64,000 nucleotides of DNA, taken from contig JBEIPA010000006.1 in the NCBI GenBank assembly GCA_040377305.1, positions 32,001-96,000 on the forward strand, written 5' to 3'. Positions 19,721 to 29,542 of this stretch are shown here, one piece after another; position 1 is the stretch's first letter; the number at the start of each line of letters is the position of its first letter. The position numbers were made by a program, and so were the translations under genes. This DNA is from Flavobacteriales bacterium (lineage in GTDB: Bacteria; Bacteroidota; Bacteroidia; Palsa-965). The notes under the pieces are model-generated. The model saw only the letters and a list, made by a program, of their open reading frames with translations. It ran no database searches and was not told the origin of the DNA.

Positions 19721-21019
19721 ATGAAGAAGTTCATGCTGAGTATCGTTTTGCTGTTCGTCGCCTTCACTGCGAATGCACAAAACCTTATTCCAAATCCAGG
19801 CTTCGAAACGTACACACAAGTGCCGTGCGCATGTATGCAAGGCAGCTTGTCGTCATACGTTACGGGATGGGAGAACGCAGCTTCCGGTACACCAGATTTT
19901 ATTTCGACAGAATCAAATCCTGCATGTTACGCTGCTGCTGTTTCAAATCACTGGGACAGTTACGGTCACGAACAACCACACAGCGGAAAAGGAATGGGCA
20001 TGATCATGACTTCGGGTCATGGCGGAACGTATCGCGAATATCTCGGAGTAACCTTGACGAAGCCACTTGTGAAAGGAACAAAATACTACGCGGAGTTTTA
20101 TGTTTCCCTGGGTGACTTCTGCGGAGTTGCAACAAACAACATGGGAATGTTATTCAAGACGGGAACATTCTCTTCTGAGCCGAGTTACATTATCACAGGC
20201 GATCCGCAAGTCAACACAAAGACTGTGATTGATCAGACAGAAGGTTGGTACAAAGTGAGCGGGACTTTTGTTGCTGCAGACAACTACACGCATGTGATCA
20301 TCGGAAACTTTTTCACGCATGCAAACACAACGGTGAAAGTACTGCCTCAGCCGGAATTTATTGAATCACCGCACACGTATCGCCCGGGCATGGGTGCCTA
20401 TTTCATTGACGACTTTATGTTGAATGAAGCTAAGTTTGATGTTGCTGTTACCGGCGATACGCTCGTGTATGCCGGAACTACTTCGACAATAATTGCAAAA
20501 GGCGGAACAACGTACACCTGGTATGATGCAGAACGTCCGGATATAGTTATCGGCAACGGAGATGAATTGAAAGTGACCATGAACAAGAAACGTACGTTCA
20601 TTGTGCGCAGCGAAGGAGATAGTGCTCTGATTACGGTGAACGTTCGCAAACCGGCTTCAGCCTACATGAGCGAACTCAACGGACGTAAGGTTCGCAAAGG
20701 ACGCAACATTGAAATACACAGCGATGAAATCACCATACAGATCTTCGACAAGAATGAAGTGGATGGTGATAGTATTTCACTGTACTATGGCGATTCACTG
20801 ATTGTAGAACACCTCGCCATTACGCACAAGAAAGTTTCGTTCACGATCAAGATGGATAAATCGGGGCCAAAACAGATTGTACTTTTTGCTGAGAATCAAG
20901 GATCCGTTCCTCCGAACACGGCGTGCATCATTATCAAAGACGGACGCAGCAGCACAGAAGTTGTACTGCAGTCGGATTTCAAGTACTGTGATTCGGTGAT
21001 GTTGACTTATAAGGAGTAA
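19721..21019 (+). CDS. Secreted hypothetical protein (NLIPNPGFE carbohydrate-binding-like N-terminal domain)
   Basis: MKKFML signal peptide; YREYL...PLVKG; C-terminal DGDSISL...AENQGSVPPNTA. Confidence 0.8.
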   Translation: MKKFMLSIVLLFVAFTANAQNLIPNPGFETYTQVPCACMQGSLSSYVTGWENAASGTPDFISTESNPACYAAAVSNHWDSYGHEQPHSGKGMGMIMTSGHGGTYREYLGVTLTKPLVKGTKYYAEFYVSLGDFCGVATNNMGMLFKTGTFSSEPSYIITGDPQVNTKTVIDQTEGWYKVSGTFVAADNYTHVIIGNFFTHANTTVKVLPQPEFIESPHTYRPGMGAYFIDDFMLNEAKFDVAVTGDTLVYAGTTSTIIAKGGTTYTWYDAERPDIVIGNGDELKVTMNKKRTFIVRSEGDSALITVNVRKPASAYMSELNGRKVRKGRNIEIHSDEITIQIFDKNEVDGDSISLYYGDSLIVEHLAITHKKVSFTIKMDKSGPKQIVLFAENQGSVPPNTACIIIKDGRSSTEVVLQSDFKYCDSVMLTYKE

Positions 21020-21100
21020 GTCTAAGTTTTTAAGTAGGCGAGTCACATGAATCTTCTCCTCCTTGCCTACTTAACTCCTTTATACCTTAAGGACTTCTTC
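21010..21100. repeat. Degenerate 9-nt periodic hairpin between convergent genes
   Basis: taagtaggc (21031-21039) is the inverse of gcctactta (21065-21073); taag periodicity; overlaps the stop at 21017-21019. Confidence 0.55.
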
Positions 21101-21349
21101 TCACTTCCACATCGCTTTCCACTCGCGGTAAAAAGCTGCAATCTTTTTTCTGAAAAGCAGGAAGAGAAGAATGTAAGGCAACACCATCAGATACAGAATA
21201 GCGTTGTTGATTCCACCGCTCACCGAATGACCATCGTGACTTCCGGTTTCTGCAACGGCTTTACACATCGCACATTGTGCATCAGCGCTCAGAGAAAACA
21301 GGAGCGTGAAGATGACAAGGAAAAAGAGGATGCGGTGCGTGTTTTTCAC
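21101..21349 (-). CDS. Small membrane protein with AQCAMC motif, at the end of the oxidase cluster
   Basis: GTG start; signal-like N-terminus, AQCAMCKA, GINNAILYLMVLPY transmembrane helix. Confidence 0.8.
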   Translation of the reverse strand: MKNTHRILFFLVIFTLLFSLSADAQCAMCKAVAETGSHDGHSVSGGINNAILYLMVLPYILLFLLFRKKIAAFYREWKAMWK

Positions 21350-21388
21350 GAGACAAATTTACGGATTTTTTACCCGGCTCCTGACGAG

Positions 21389-21544
21389 AAATTCAACCCT
21401 TTCAGGGTTGGGGTTTCACGCGTTACAGATTGGTTACCGTAATTAAAGCCCTTCAGGCTTCGCGATATTGAGAACTCCGAAGGAGTATAATTACGGTAAC
21501 CAACACCGTGAGACACAAGCCCCAACCCTGAAAGGGTTGAATTT
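21389..21544. repeat. REPIN-like nested palindromic element
   Basis: 25-bp perfect terminal IR aaattcaaccctttcagggttgggg / ccccaaccctgaaagggttgaattt; inner 16-bp IR 21430-21445 / 21488-21503. Confidence 0.9.
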
Positions 21545-21545
21545 T

Positions 21546-22136
21546 CTACCCGTAATACGGGGCGATCATCAGATACAAAATCGGTCCCGTCAGACTCACG
21601 TAAAACCAGATCGGCCAGGTGATTCTGCCCAGCTTTTTGTGCTTCGGGTATTCTGAAATCATCCCACGATAAGCGGTGTACAGAATGAACGGAAGAATGA
21701 TTCCCGCGAGGAAAATGTGCGTGAGCAAAATGATGAGGTAAATGCCACGAGAAGCTGAAACCGCGGTGCGCTCTGCATCATCGAGAATTCCATTGTGATC
21801 TGAATCGCCGTAAACCGTATCGCCGGTTAAAAGGTGGTGAATGATATAAGACACCAGAAACAAAATCGAAAGCACCATCGCGTACATCATCGTCTTTTTG
21901 TGTGCGATGTACTTCTTCTGGCGGACGAAAATCAACGCAACGACGAGAAGAATTGTGACTATGGAATTGACGACTGCGTTGAACGCTGCGAAAATGTGTT
22001 CGTCGAATCCGAGATCAACGCGCAACTGAATTCTGCTCAGCGAAAGAATGATGCCAAACACCACAATGGAAAATGCGATGATGAGCAAATGTGCTTTCTT
22101 GTCGTTTTTCTGAAGTGACTGCTGCGGATAGCTCAT
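21546..22136 (-). CDS. DUF420 family membrane protein (CtaM-like)
   Basis: FNAVVNS...HKKTM...LFLVSYIIHH...LLTHIFLA...HKKLGRITWPIWFYVSLTG. Confidence 0.88.
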   Translation of the reverse strand: MSYPQQSLQKNDKKAHLLIIAFSIVVFGIILSLSRIQLRVDLGFDEHIFAAFNAVVNSIVTILLVVALIFVRQKKYIAHKKTMMYAMVLSILFLVSYIIHHLLTGDTVYGDSDHNGILDDAERTAVSASRGIYLIILLTHIFLAGIILPFILYTAYRGMISEYPKHKKLGRITWPIWFYVSLTGPILYLMIAPYYG

Positions 22137-22810
22137 TTTTCGTTGATGAGAATATGAATGTCTTCAATCAGCATACGCACCTGCGCTGTGTCGGTTCCGC
22201 CATAGTAACCGCGAATAATGGAATTGCGGTCTACCAGTACAATCTGATCGCTGTGAATGAAATCTTCTTCTCCTCCGTCACCCGGCTCAATATCCGGAAG
22301 CTGATAACCGTAGCGAATAAGATCGTACAGCTTTTTCTTGTCGCCTGTAACGAGCGTCCACTGTGTTGAATCGCAGCCAAAACGTTTGCAGTAATTCTTC
22401 AGCGCAGTTGTTGAGTCGCGATCCGGATCTACCGAATACGAAACAAGATTCACATTGCTGTTACCCGAAAACTCTTTCTGCACCATCGCCATATGATTTG
22501 AAATCACGGGACAAATTCCTTCGCAGCTCGTGAAGAACAATTGAACAACAGAAATATTGCCCTTCAGCTCAGCAGTAGAAAACGTGTTTCCATCCTGATT
22601 GATAAACGTTTCGACCGGAACAATTTTAAAAAGTGTGTCTCCGTTTTCGATGCCGTCGTAATACTTTGCAAGACGTGGAACACCCGTTACGTAAGAACGG
22701 TCGTCGCCAATTGTTTCAGGCCCACAAGAAAAAGTAAACAGTGGCAGTAGCAGTAGCAGCAAACTGCTCCACTGACTGCTACTGCCACTGCTACTGCTAC
22801 TTTTTATCAC
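22133..22810 (-). CDS. SCO family copper chaperone lipoprotein
   Basis: FFTSCEGICP (CxxxC), SVDPDRD, FIHS...IRGYY. Probable GTG start at 22810 with lipobox FTFSC. Confidence 0.88.
   Translation of the reverse strand: MIKSSSSSGSSSQWSSLLLLLLPLFTFSCGPETIGDDRSYVTGVPRLAKYYDGIENGDTLFKIVPVETFINQDGNTFSTAELKGNISVVQLFFTSCEGICPVISNHMAMVQKEFSGNSNVNLVSYSVDPDRDSTTALKNYCKRFGCDSTQWTLVTGDKKKLYDLIRYGYQLPDIEPGDGGEEDFIHSDQIVLVDRNSIIRGYYGGTDTAQVRMLIEDIHILINEK
22741..22800. repeat. 6-nt periodic hairpin (gcagta/tactgc) inside the SCO 5-prime end
   Basis: gtggcagtagcagtagcag ... ctgctactgccactgctactgctac. Confidence 0.8.
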
Positions 22811-23471
22811 GGTTCTGTTCAACTGTAGATTCTTCAATGGTCTGCGCACCTTCATCACGCAATAAAACGTGATTCACATCTTCCTTCATCTTCTTCAGAT
22901 CGGCGGCGTAACGAATATTATAGTAACCGCGAATTCTTCCGAGACGATCAATCAGCACGGCATCTGTTTCAGTCTGCCAGGGATCGCGTTTGCGGGATGC
23001 GTCTGCCACGTAAAAATCAGCACGCACCTTTTCAAATTGTTGCGGAGTAAGAAATACCGTGTACGAAGTGTCGACTCCAAGTCCTAAATCTTTTCCGATA
23101 TCGGGTGCATTCAGTGGAGTTTGTCCAACAGAATCTCCGTGCATAAAGAAAACAAATCGGGCATACCCGTACGTGTTCCTCTTGTGCAGAATGTCTTCGG
23201 CAAAAATCGGCAGCATCGTTTTCAGGCTATCCGGCGGAAGAAACACGGCAACGTATAAACGTCCGTCGAGCTTCGTCGCTGATGAAAAAGAAAGACCTCC
23301 AGTTGTTGAACAACTGAAGGCCGGTATAGTGTAATACGTCGTGTCTTTCCCTTGTGCGGTGCGTGGACCGTATATAGGAGCTTTAATTACTTTAGGAATT
23401 CCCAGTGCGAAATAAACGTAAACTATTGCAGGGAAAAATAGTATTCCTAAAAGAATTGCGGCTTTCTTCAT
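22797..23471 (-). CDS. SCO-like thioredoxin-fold protein lacking CxxxC
   Basis: N-terminal anchor; YYTIPAF...VLIDRLGRIRGYY. Confidence 0.7.
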   Translation of the reverse strand: MKKAAILLGILFFPAIVYVYFALGIPKVIKAPIYGPRTAQGKDTTYYTIPAFSCSTTGGLSFSSATKLDGRLYVAVFLPPDSLKTMLPIFAEDILHKRNTYGYARFVFFMHGDSVGQTPLNAPDIGKDLGLGVDTSYTVFLTPQQFEKVRADFYVADASRKRDPWQTETDAVLIDRLGRIRGYYNIRYAADLKKMKEDVNHVLLRDEGAQTIEESTVEQNRDKK

Positions 23472-23473
23472 TC

Positions 23474-23923
23474 CTAGTGATGCACCTCTGCACCTTCAAC
23501 TGCACTCGTAGGAGTCTGTCCTGTTGTTCCGGTCTGACCATTAGTCGATCCCGTTCCGTTCAGACGGTGTTCCTTTACGTAATTTCCTTCTCCAATCGTC
23601 ATCATGATAATCAGATAACCAATGAACACGGCGTAAGGAATTAGAATTACCCACTTCGTCCATTTGTTCTCTTCGCCAAGGTGCATAAACACCATTACGA
23701 TATAAGCTGCTTTCAAAAGTGTGAACCCGATGAAGAAGAATTTCAGGAAGGTCTTGCCCAGGTTCCAATCAGCTGCGTAAAGACCAACGATAACTTCTAC
23801 GAGAGTTACAGCCAGAAGAAGCCAGAATACTCTCCAAAGTTTTTTGCGAATCTTCTTTCCTGTGGCTTCGTCGTGGTGAGCGAGTCCTTCGTAATCCGGA
23901 TATACGTCGTTAAATTCTGACAT
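23474..23923 (-). CDS. Cytochrome c oxidase subunit IV family protein
   Basis: VFWLLLAVTLVEV...LLKAAYIVMVFMHL. Confidence 0.88.
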   Translation of the reverse strand: MSEFNDVYPDYEGLAHHDEATGKKIRKKLWRVFWLLLAVTLVEVIVGLYAADWNLGKTFLKFFFIGFTLLKAAYIVMVFMHLGEENKWTKWVILIPYAVFIGYLIIMMTIGEGNYVKEHRLNGTGSTNGQTGTTGQTPTSAVEGAEVHH

Positions 23924-23941
23924 AAGAATATTTATTTCTGA

Positions 23942-24763
23942 TTAAAGAAGATAGAAGAAGGTAAATACGAATACCCAAACGAGATCGACAAAGTGCCAGT
24001 AGAGACCAACTTTCTCAACCATCTCGTAGTGACCAACGCGTTTCATGTACCCGTTCAACGCCATGAGGAAGATGCACAGGTTAATGATTACTCCGGAGAA
24101 TACGTGGAAACCGTGGAAGCCCGTAATGAAGAAGAAGAAGTTTGCAAAAGCGGTTTGTCCGTACTCGTTGTACTGGAGATTCGCTCCTTTGAAAACTTCA
24201 CCTTTCGCAAGTATGTCAGCCGATTCAGTTGCAGAAAGCTTTACGCCATGCGACCAAAGAATTGTTTTGTCCGGCACGTGTGTTTCATGGTTGACATCGA
24301 AGGTGTAAATTTCCTTGTTGTAGAGAATCGCCCCGTCGTCTGAACCAACGATGAAGTTTGTCCACTCCCACGCTTGTGATCCTACGAACATAAGTCCGCC
24401 GATAATGGTGAGGAACATCCAGATGAGAACTCCTTTTCGATTATTCCGGTGACCGGCTTCTACTGCAAGTACCATGGTTACCGACGACATGATGAGGATG
24501 AAGGTCATGAGACCCACGTACATCAATGGAAGGTGCATTCCGTGAAGGAACGGGAAGTGATGGAACACCGCCTGTGGGTCAGGCCAATCGCCTGCGAAGT
24601 TGTGTCGGAAAAATCCATACGCACAGAGGAAGCCTGAGAATGTCAGGGCATCTGATACGAGGAAAAACCACATGAAAAGCTTACCGTAACTCGTGCGCAT
24701 CGGAGACATTCCGCCATCCCATGATGCGTACTTTGCGTCGAGTTCTGCAGTTGAACCTGCCAT
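23942..24763 (-). CDS. Cytochrome c oxidase subunit III
   Basis: MWFFLVSDALTF...ITGFHGFHV...GLYWHFVDLVWVFVFTFFYL. Confidence 0.93.
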   Translation of the reverse strand: MAGSTAELDAKYASWDGGMSPMRTSYGKLFMWFFLVSDALTFSGFLCAYGFFRHNFAGDWPDPQAVFHHFPFLHGMHLPLMYVGLMTFILIMSSVTMVLAVEAGHRNNRKGVLIWMFLTIIGGLMFVGSQAWEWTNFIVGSDDGAILYNKEIYTFDVNHETHVPDKTILWSHGVKLSATESADILAKGEVFKGANLQYNEYGQTAFANFFFFITGFHGFHVFSGVIINLCIFLMALNGYMKRVGHYEMVEKVGLYWHFVDLVWVFVFTFFYLL

Positions 24764-24819
24764 AATCTGAAATGTATTTAGTGGTGACTGGTGTTCGCTG
24801 TTTTAACAGCGGTGCAAGT

Positions 24820-25419
24820 TTACTTAAAAAGTGTCAAAAACAGGAACAAATATATCCATAATGCCCCCATAAAATGCCAGTAAATCGATGCGAGTTTTAC
24901 CCCGTGGATGTTAGCAGAATGATATTTGCCCATGAATCCCTTGATCAGGGTGATAAATAGCGAGATTAATCCGCCAAACACGTGGAGCAAGTGAATGCCA
25001 CTCAACACATAAATAAATGATCCGGAAATGAGTGCTCCCTGACCGTCTGAAGGCGACAGGAAAATTCCATTGCGCACGAGTTCCTTCCACCCAAGCCATT
25101 GAAAAAGAGCGAACAGGAATCCGAACAAAAGCGTTGCTCCCATCATGGCATTTCCTAGTCCCTTTTTGTTCTGCACGTACGCCCACTGCGATACGATCAT
25201 GAATACACTGCTGAACAAAATCACCGCCGAGCTGACCCAGAATTCGGAAGGGAGATTGATGCTAAACCATGCACCGCCATCGTGACGAACAACATACGCG
25301 CTGGTCAAACCGCCGAAGAGCATGACGATTGCGAACAAAGAAAGTCGCACGAGATTTCTCTCTGCTTTCTCTTGTACTTTCCGCTCTTCTCCTGAAATTT
25401 TCATTGTGATTGTAGCCAT
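24820..25419 (-). CDS. Cytochrome c oxidase subunit III-like protein
   Basis: MLFGGLTSAY...GIHLLHVFGG...YWHFMGALW. Confidence 0.88.
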   Translation of the reverse strand: MATITMKISGEERKVQEKAERNLVRLSLFAIVMLFGGLTSAYVVRHDGGAWFSINLPSEFWVSSAVILFSSVFMIVSQWAYVQNKKGLGNAMMGATLLFGFLFALFQWLGWKELVRNGIFLSPSDGQGALISGSFIYVLSGIHLLHVFGGLISLFITLIKGFMGKYHSANIHGVKLASIYWHFMGALWIYLFLFLTLFK

Positions 25420-25421
25420 TT

Positions 25422-26327
25422 TTATCCGAACAAATAAGCCAGCTGTACTACCGGCAGGTATATGAATGAGCCAAACATCAATTTGGATGCGGCCTTTATT
25501 TCAAGTGTTGAATACAGTTTCCACGACTGGTAAAAGAAGAAAATTCCACAAAGCAGAACGATGATGATGCCTACAAGTCCTGTCATATTATAAAAGTACG
25601 GAAGCAAACTCATCGGAATCAAAAACATGGCGTAAACCATCACCTGAAATGCACTGCCTTTGTCGCGCTCTTTCGTTGGTAAAAGACGGAATCCAGCTTT
25701 TCGGTAATCGTCATCTACTACCCAGGCAATTGCCCAGAAGTGCGGGAACTGCCACATGAATTGTACCGCGAAAAGCAACAGGGCGTTTGTTCCAACGAAC
25801 CCGAATCCTTCTGTAGCGGCAACCCATCCTAACATAGGAGGAACCGCACCCGGAAATGCACCAACGAGAACAGCCCACGGCGTAATTCTCTTGAGCGGAG
25901 TATATGCGAAAACGTACAGCAATAATGCGACAACACTGAGGATTGCGCTGAGCGGATTCACAAAATACAAGAGCAATCCGGCACCGAGGATGGCACAAAT
26001 TGTAGCGACAACTAAACCTTCTGTAACCGACATTCTTCCGGTGGGAATAGGTCGTGTTGAAGTGCGCGGCATGAGTTTATCGTACTCCCGTTCAATGACC
26101 TGATTGTATCCGTTCGAAGCACCGGTTACCAGGAATCCACCCAAGAATAACATGGTCATTTCCAGCCAGTTGATAGCAACCTGAAGCTCTTCAATGGCAA
26201 TTACGTAACCGATAATAGCGGAGAAAACGACGAGGGCGGAAAGTCGGAGCTTTGTAAACTGAGCGTAATCTGTGACTTTCCCCATAAACCCGGCTGGTTT
26301 GGCAATATGTAAAGCGGTTTCCGGCAA
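25422..26327 (-). CDS. cyoE: Protoheme IX farnesyltransferase (heme o synthase)
   Basis: NQVIEREYDKLMPRTSTRPIPTG, YTPLKR, GAFPGAVPP, WQFPHFWAI. TTG start. Confidence 0.93.
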   Translation of the reverse strand: MPETALHIAKPAGFMGKVTDYAQFTKLRLSALVVFSAIIGYVIAIEELQVAINWLEMTMLFLGGFLVTGASNGYNQVIEREYDKLMPRTSTRPIPTGRMSVTEGLVVATICAILGAGLLLYFVNPLSAILSVVALLLYVFAYTPLKRITPWAVLVGAFPGAVPPMLGWVAATEGFGFVGTNALLLFAVQFMWQFPHFWAIAWVVDDDYRKAGFRLLPTKERDKGSAFQVMVYAMFLIPMSLLPYFYNMTGLVGIIIVLLCGIFFFYQSWKLYSTLEIKAASKLMFGSFIYLPVVQLAYLFG

Positions 26328-26415
26328 GCGTGCAAAGGTAACACTCAGGAACGCTGGAATGTTCTCTTAAATAGAAATATTCTGCTCCGCTTGAGACCCG
26401 GAAATGATGTGCCGA

Positions 26416-26631
26416 CCCTTCGACAAGCTCAGGACAAGTATGCAAATGTGCAGATATGCCGATGGTGTTTGGTGTTAGCTGCTAGTAAATCCTTTGCGGT
26501 CCTTTGCGGCTTGGCGTCTTTGTAGTTAATGACCATCAAGATCTCGGGGACGGGAGAAAAATGTTGGAATAACTCTTTGCGGTCCTTTGCGGCTTGGCGC
26601 CTTTGTAGTAAATGACCACGAAGATCGCGGG
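26416..26631. repeat. Composite repeat cluster: REP-like unit, 8-mer run and two ~57-bp direct repeats
   Basis: cttcgacaagctcagga; atgcaaatgtgcagatatgccgat; ctttgcggtcctttgcggcttggcgYctttgtagtWaatgacca...aagatc at 26492-26548 and 26575-26631. Confidence 0.8.
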
Positions 26632-26677
26632 CCCTCACGACAAAGCCTCAATCCCCGTTCTCAGAATTCAGAAAAAT

Positions 26678-28345
26678 CTAGTAATCGTCCTGCGCCCGGA
26701 ACAGTGGCAAACACAATCCCACCATCACAAACGACGACTTCAACTTGTGATTGATGAGCTTCGTTTTCTCCGAACGTGCAATTGCAGTCAACTGCACACG
26801 CAACGGAAAACTGGTGTTGAACACATACGACGCATTAATCTTCGCAAGGAAAATATTCGTCGCGTATCCCTGGAAAACTTTGTTGCCATAGTCAAACTCG
26901 CGATCGCGGTAAGACTGAAAAACATTCTGCCCGTAATTCATCGTGTCGTTTACATCGCGACCGTAACGCACACCAACGAGCTGACCGGTTACAGTCAATC
27001 CTTTTACGTTGTACGAAAGCAATCCCATCACTTCCGCAAAGTTCGCTCCCATAGGATGTGCAAGAGGCTGCGGTCCGTGCGAATAACTCTGCTGCGGACT
27101 CCCATGCGAATACGTGTACGGGCGAACAACATTCACTTCCATCTGCATGAAAAGATTGTCGATCATCCCGAAGTTGAAACACTTGTAACCAACTTGCGCG
27201 CCTTGTTTATTCGCCCACCAGCCTGCACTCCAGCTCCTGATTTCCTTCAGATAAAATTCATCCAGAATAATCTGTCCGTACAATAAGTTGTTGCGGTTGA
27301 AACGAATTTTTCCCGCGATACCAAGCATGGCATTGTCGGAAGATCCGAGCGAATATTCTACCGGACGAAAGAACACCATCGGATTCAGATAGTTCGCATC
27401 AAACCAACGTTGACGATTCGAGTCTGTTCCCTGCCAAACAATTCCTTCGAAGACAGAAATGTTCAGCCACTTTGCTGCGTTGAAACTGAGGTAATGAAAC
27501 GATGCAAATTTGCTTCTGTAATCTTTGTTGCTGCCGCTAGACATGGTCCAATCCTGCAACCACGCGAACAAAGAAGTGTATTGCAGTTTCCAGACTGTAG
27601 TTTGCGCTTTGATGTATGGATAAGCTGCGCCCTGATCTCCAAGAAATAGCGAACGGTTTCCATCGCCCCAGAAATGTTTATCGCGACCCACCTGCAAATT
27701 AAAAACAGGCGTTGGACGCCAGATGATATTTCCGGAGAGGTGCTGGAATCCATACTTCCCGGATGAGTCAAGCATGTACGCACGATCACCCCAGCCCGGG
27801 ACAAATCCCGAAGTGGAAGCGAGTGAATCCTGATAGTTGGGCAAAACAGTAATCCCGCTTACTAAACGTGCTTCGTATCCGAGCTTCATGTTGAAGTCGC
27901 CGGAGAGCGCAACACCTGCAGCAGTAGTCAAGAGCATACGACTTGCTTTGAGATCGTAGCCTGCACGCAAATCGTAAATAGGACGGATTGCAAATTCTGC
28001 TGAGTGATCAAGCCTCGCTGCAGAAACGTAATTGTAATTCGGCGAACCTTTGCTGTACACCGATTGCATGCTTAGGCGTGGCGGAACAATGATCGGTTTT
28101 GAGGGGCGAATCTCAGAGTCAATCCGGCGAACTGTATCTGCAGGAATTACATCCATGTCAACATACGGCTTAACCGCACTGTGCCGCGTTTGCTGAATCG
28201 CACTATCACGACCAGTCGGTACGCTGCTGTTCATCCACAAAGTATGCTGTGCAGATGCAGTTGTAGTGATCAGGAAAAATACGGGAAAGATGAGGAGACG
28301 GAAACTGCGCATTGCGCGCTGAATGCTGCGTACTGCGTACTGCAT
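26678..28345 (-). CDS. RemB/Wzi-like outer-membrane protein
   Basis: GRDKHFWGDGNRSLFL, YLNPMVFFRPVEYSLGS, VRPYTYSH...PLAHPMGANF. Start at 28345 (TGATG overlap with upstream stop) or 28312. Confidence 0.75.
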   Translation of the reverse strand: MQYAVRSIQRAMRSFRLLIFPVFFLITTTASAQHTLWMNSSVPTGRDSAIQQTRHSAVKPYVDMDVIPADTVRRIDSEIRPSKPIIVPPRLSMQSVYSKGSPNYNYVSAARLDHSAEFAIRPIYDLRAGYDLKASRMLLTTAAGVALSGDFNMKLGYEARLVSGITVLPNYQDSLASTSGFVPGWGDRAYMLDSSGKYGFQHLSGNIIWRPTPVFNLQVGRDKHFWGDGNRSLFLGDQGAAYPYIKAQTTVWKLQYTSLFAWLQDWTMSSGSNKDYRSKFASFHYLSFNAAKWLNISVFEGIVWQGTDSNRQRWFDANYLNPMVFFRPVEYSLGSSDNAMLGIAGKIRFNRNNLLYGQIILDEFYLKEIRSWSAGWWANKQGAQVGYKCFNFGMIDNLFMQMEVNVVRPYTYSHGSPQQSYSHGPQPLAHPMGANFAEVMGLLSYNVKGLTVTGQLVGVRYGRDVNDTMNYGQNVFQSYRDREFDYGNKVFQGYATNIFLAKINASYVFNTSFPLRVQLTAIARSEKTKLINHKLKSSFVMVGLCLPLFRAQDDY

Positions 28346-29484
28346 CAAGCTGCTGCTTCGTTGAGATGACGGGTTTTTCCGCCCGGTTTCTGTTTCGCCG
28401 TATGTGCGCGCTTGAGCATCCATGGTATGAATGTAAGCATCAGAACTGTTCCTCCGGTAACAATGAAAGACATCGTAACATTCATCGTCAGACTGGTAAC
28501 AATTGCCAATCCAATCAATGCAATGTTCGCAGCGTAAATCCAGATTACGGTTTTAGCATGACCCATTCCGCTGTCGATCAGCAAATGGTGCAAGTGATTT
28601 CTGTCGGCAGAGAATGGAGAAACTCCACGCAATGCACGGTGACCGAAAATGCGAAGTGTGTCTGTTAACGGATAGGCAAGTACGGCCATTCCAACAACAG
28701 GATTCAACAGTGGTCTGATCCACGCAGGAGTTGTTGCAGTCGGCGTGTACTCAATGAATGTGATCACCAGAACGCTCATGATGAGTCCGATGCTGAGTGA
28801 ACCGGAGTCGCCCATGAAAATTTTCGCGGGATTAAAGTTGAAAACGAGGAACGCTGCAAGTGCGCCTGTTAATGAGAACGCAAGTACAGCCGGGACAAGT
28901 TGATCCGTGAATGCAAACGCAACACCAAGCGTAGCAGCGCCAATCAATCCAACGCCCGATGCAAGTCCGTCTACGCCATCAATAAGATTGTATGCGTTGA
29001 CAACAACGATGAATGCAAACAAGGAAAGGAAAATACTTGCCCAAAGCGGAATGTCCTGAATGCCGAATAATCCGTGCATGCTGCGGATGCGGGTTTCTGC
29101 CATTAAGACGAGAATCATTCCGACAATCACGTGCGCTGCGAGTTTCTTGATTGGTGCTGTTCCAATGATATCGTCTTTAATGCCGACGAAGAACATGATG
29201 ATGAGTGTTGCCACTACAAACTGGAACAAACGAATTCCGTCCTGACCAACTTCTGCTTCCGACTTATCGAAAGGGAACCACAGTGAACAGGCGAAAAGAG
29301 TTGCCGCAAAAATGATGATGCCGCCGATGGTCGGAACAACCCGCTTGTGAAGTTTCCGGGCATCCCCAGGCTCATCAAACAGACGCTTCAGGAACGCGAC
29401 CTTGATTAAGGACGGCGTAGCCAGCAAAACCACTAAAAAAGCCGTAATTCCGGCTAAAATGAGGTGTGTCATCGGTGTGAGCAT
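28345..29484 (-). CDS. MraY/WecA-family undecaprenyl-phosphate sugar-phosphate transferase
   Basis: RKLHKRVVPTIGG, GIKDD, NAYNLIDGVDGL, FNFNPAKIFMGDSGS, DRNHLHH. Start 29484 or 29472. Confidence 0.9.
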   Translation of the reverse strand: MLTPMTHLILAGITAFLVVLLATPSLIKVAFLKRLFDEPGDARKLHKRVVPTIGGIIIFAATLFACSLWFPFDKSEAEVGQDGIRLFQFVVATLIIMFFVGIKDDIIGTAPIKKLAAHVIVGMILVLMAETRIRSMHGLFGIQDIPLWASIFLSLFAFIVVVNAYNLIDGVDGLASGVGLIGAATLGVAFAFTDQLVPAVLAFSLTGALAAFLVFNFNPAKIFMGDSGSLSIGLIMSVLVITFIEYTPTATTPAWIRPLLNPVVGMAVLAYPLTDTLRIFGHRALRGVSPFSADRNHLHHLLIDSGMGHAKTVIWIYAANIALIGLAIVTSLTMNVTMSFIVTGGTVLMLTFIPWMLKRAHTAKQKPGGKTRHLNEAAA

Positions 29485-29542
29485 AGTCGCAATTAACAAG
29501 CAACCAACAGGTTATGAACAGGTTGCTGACAAAGGTAATGAT

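Noticed and set aside
26492-26631. Two ~57-bp direct repeats with a short spacer as a mini-CRISPR
   Set aside because: Only two imperfect copies, internal periodicity like the other repeat elements, and no cas genes in the window.
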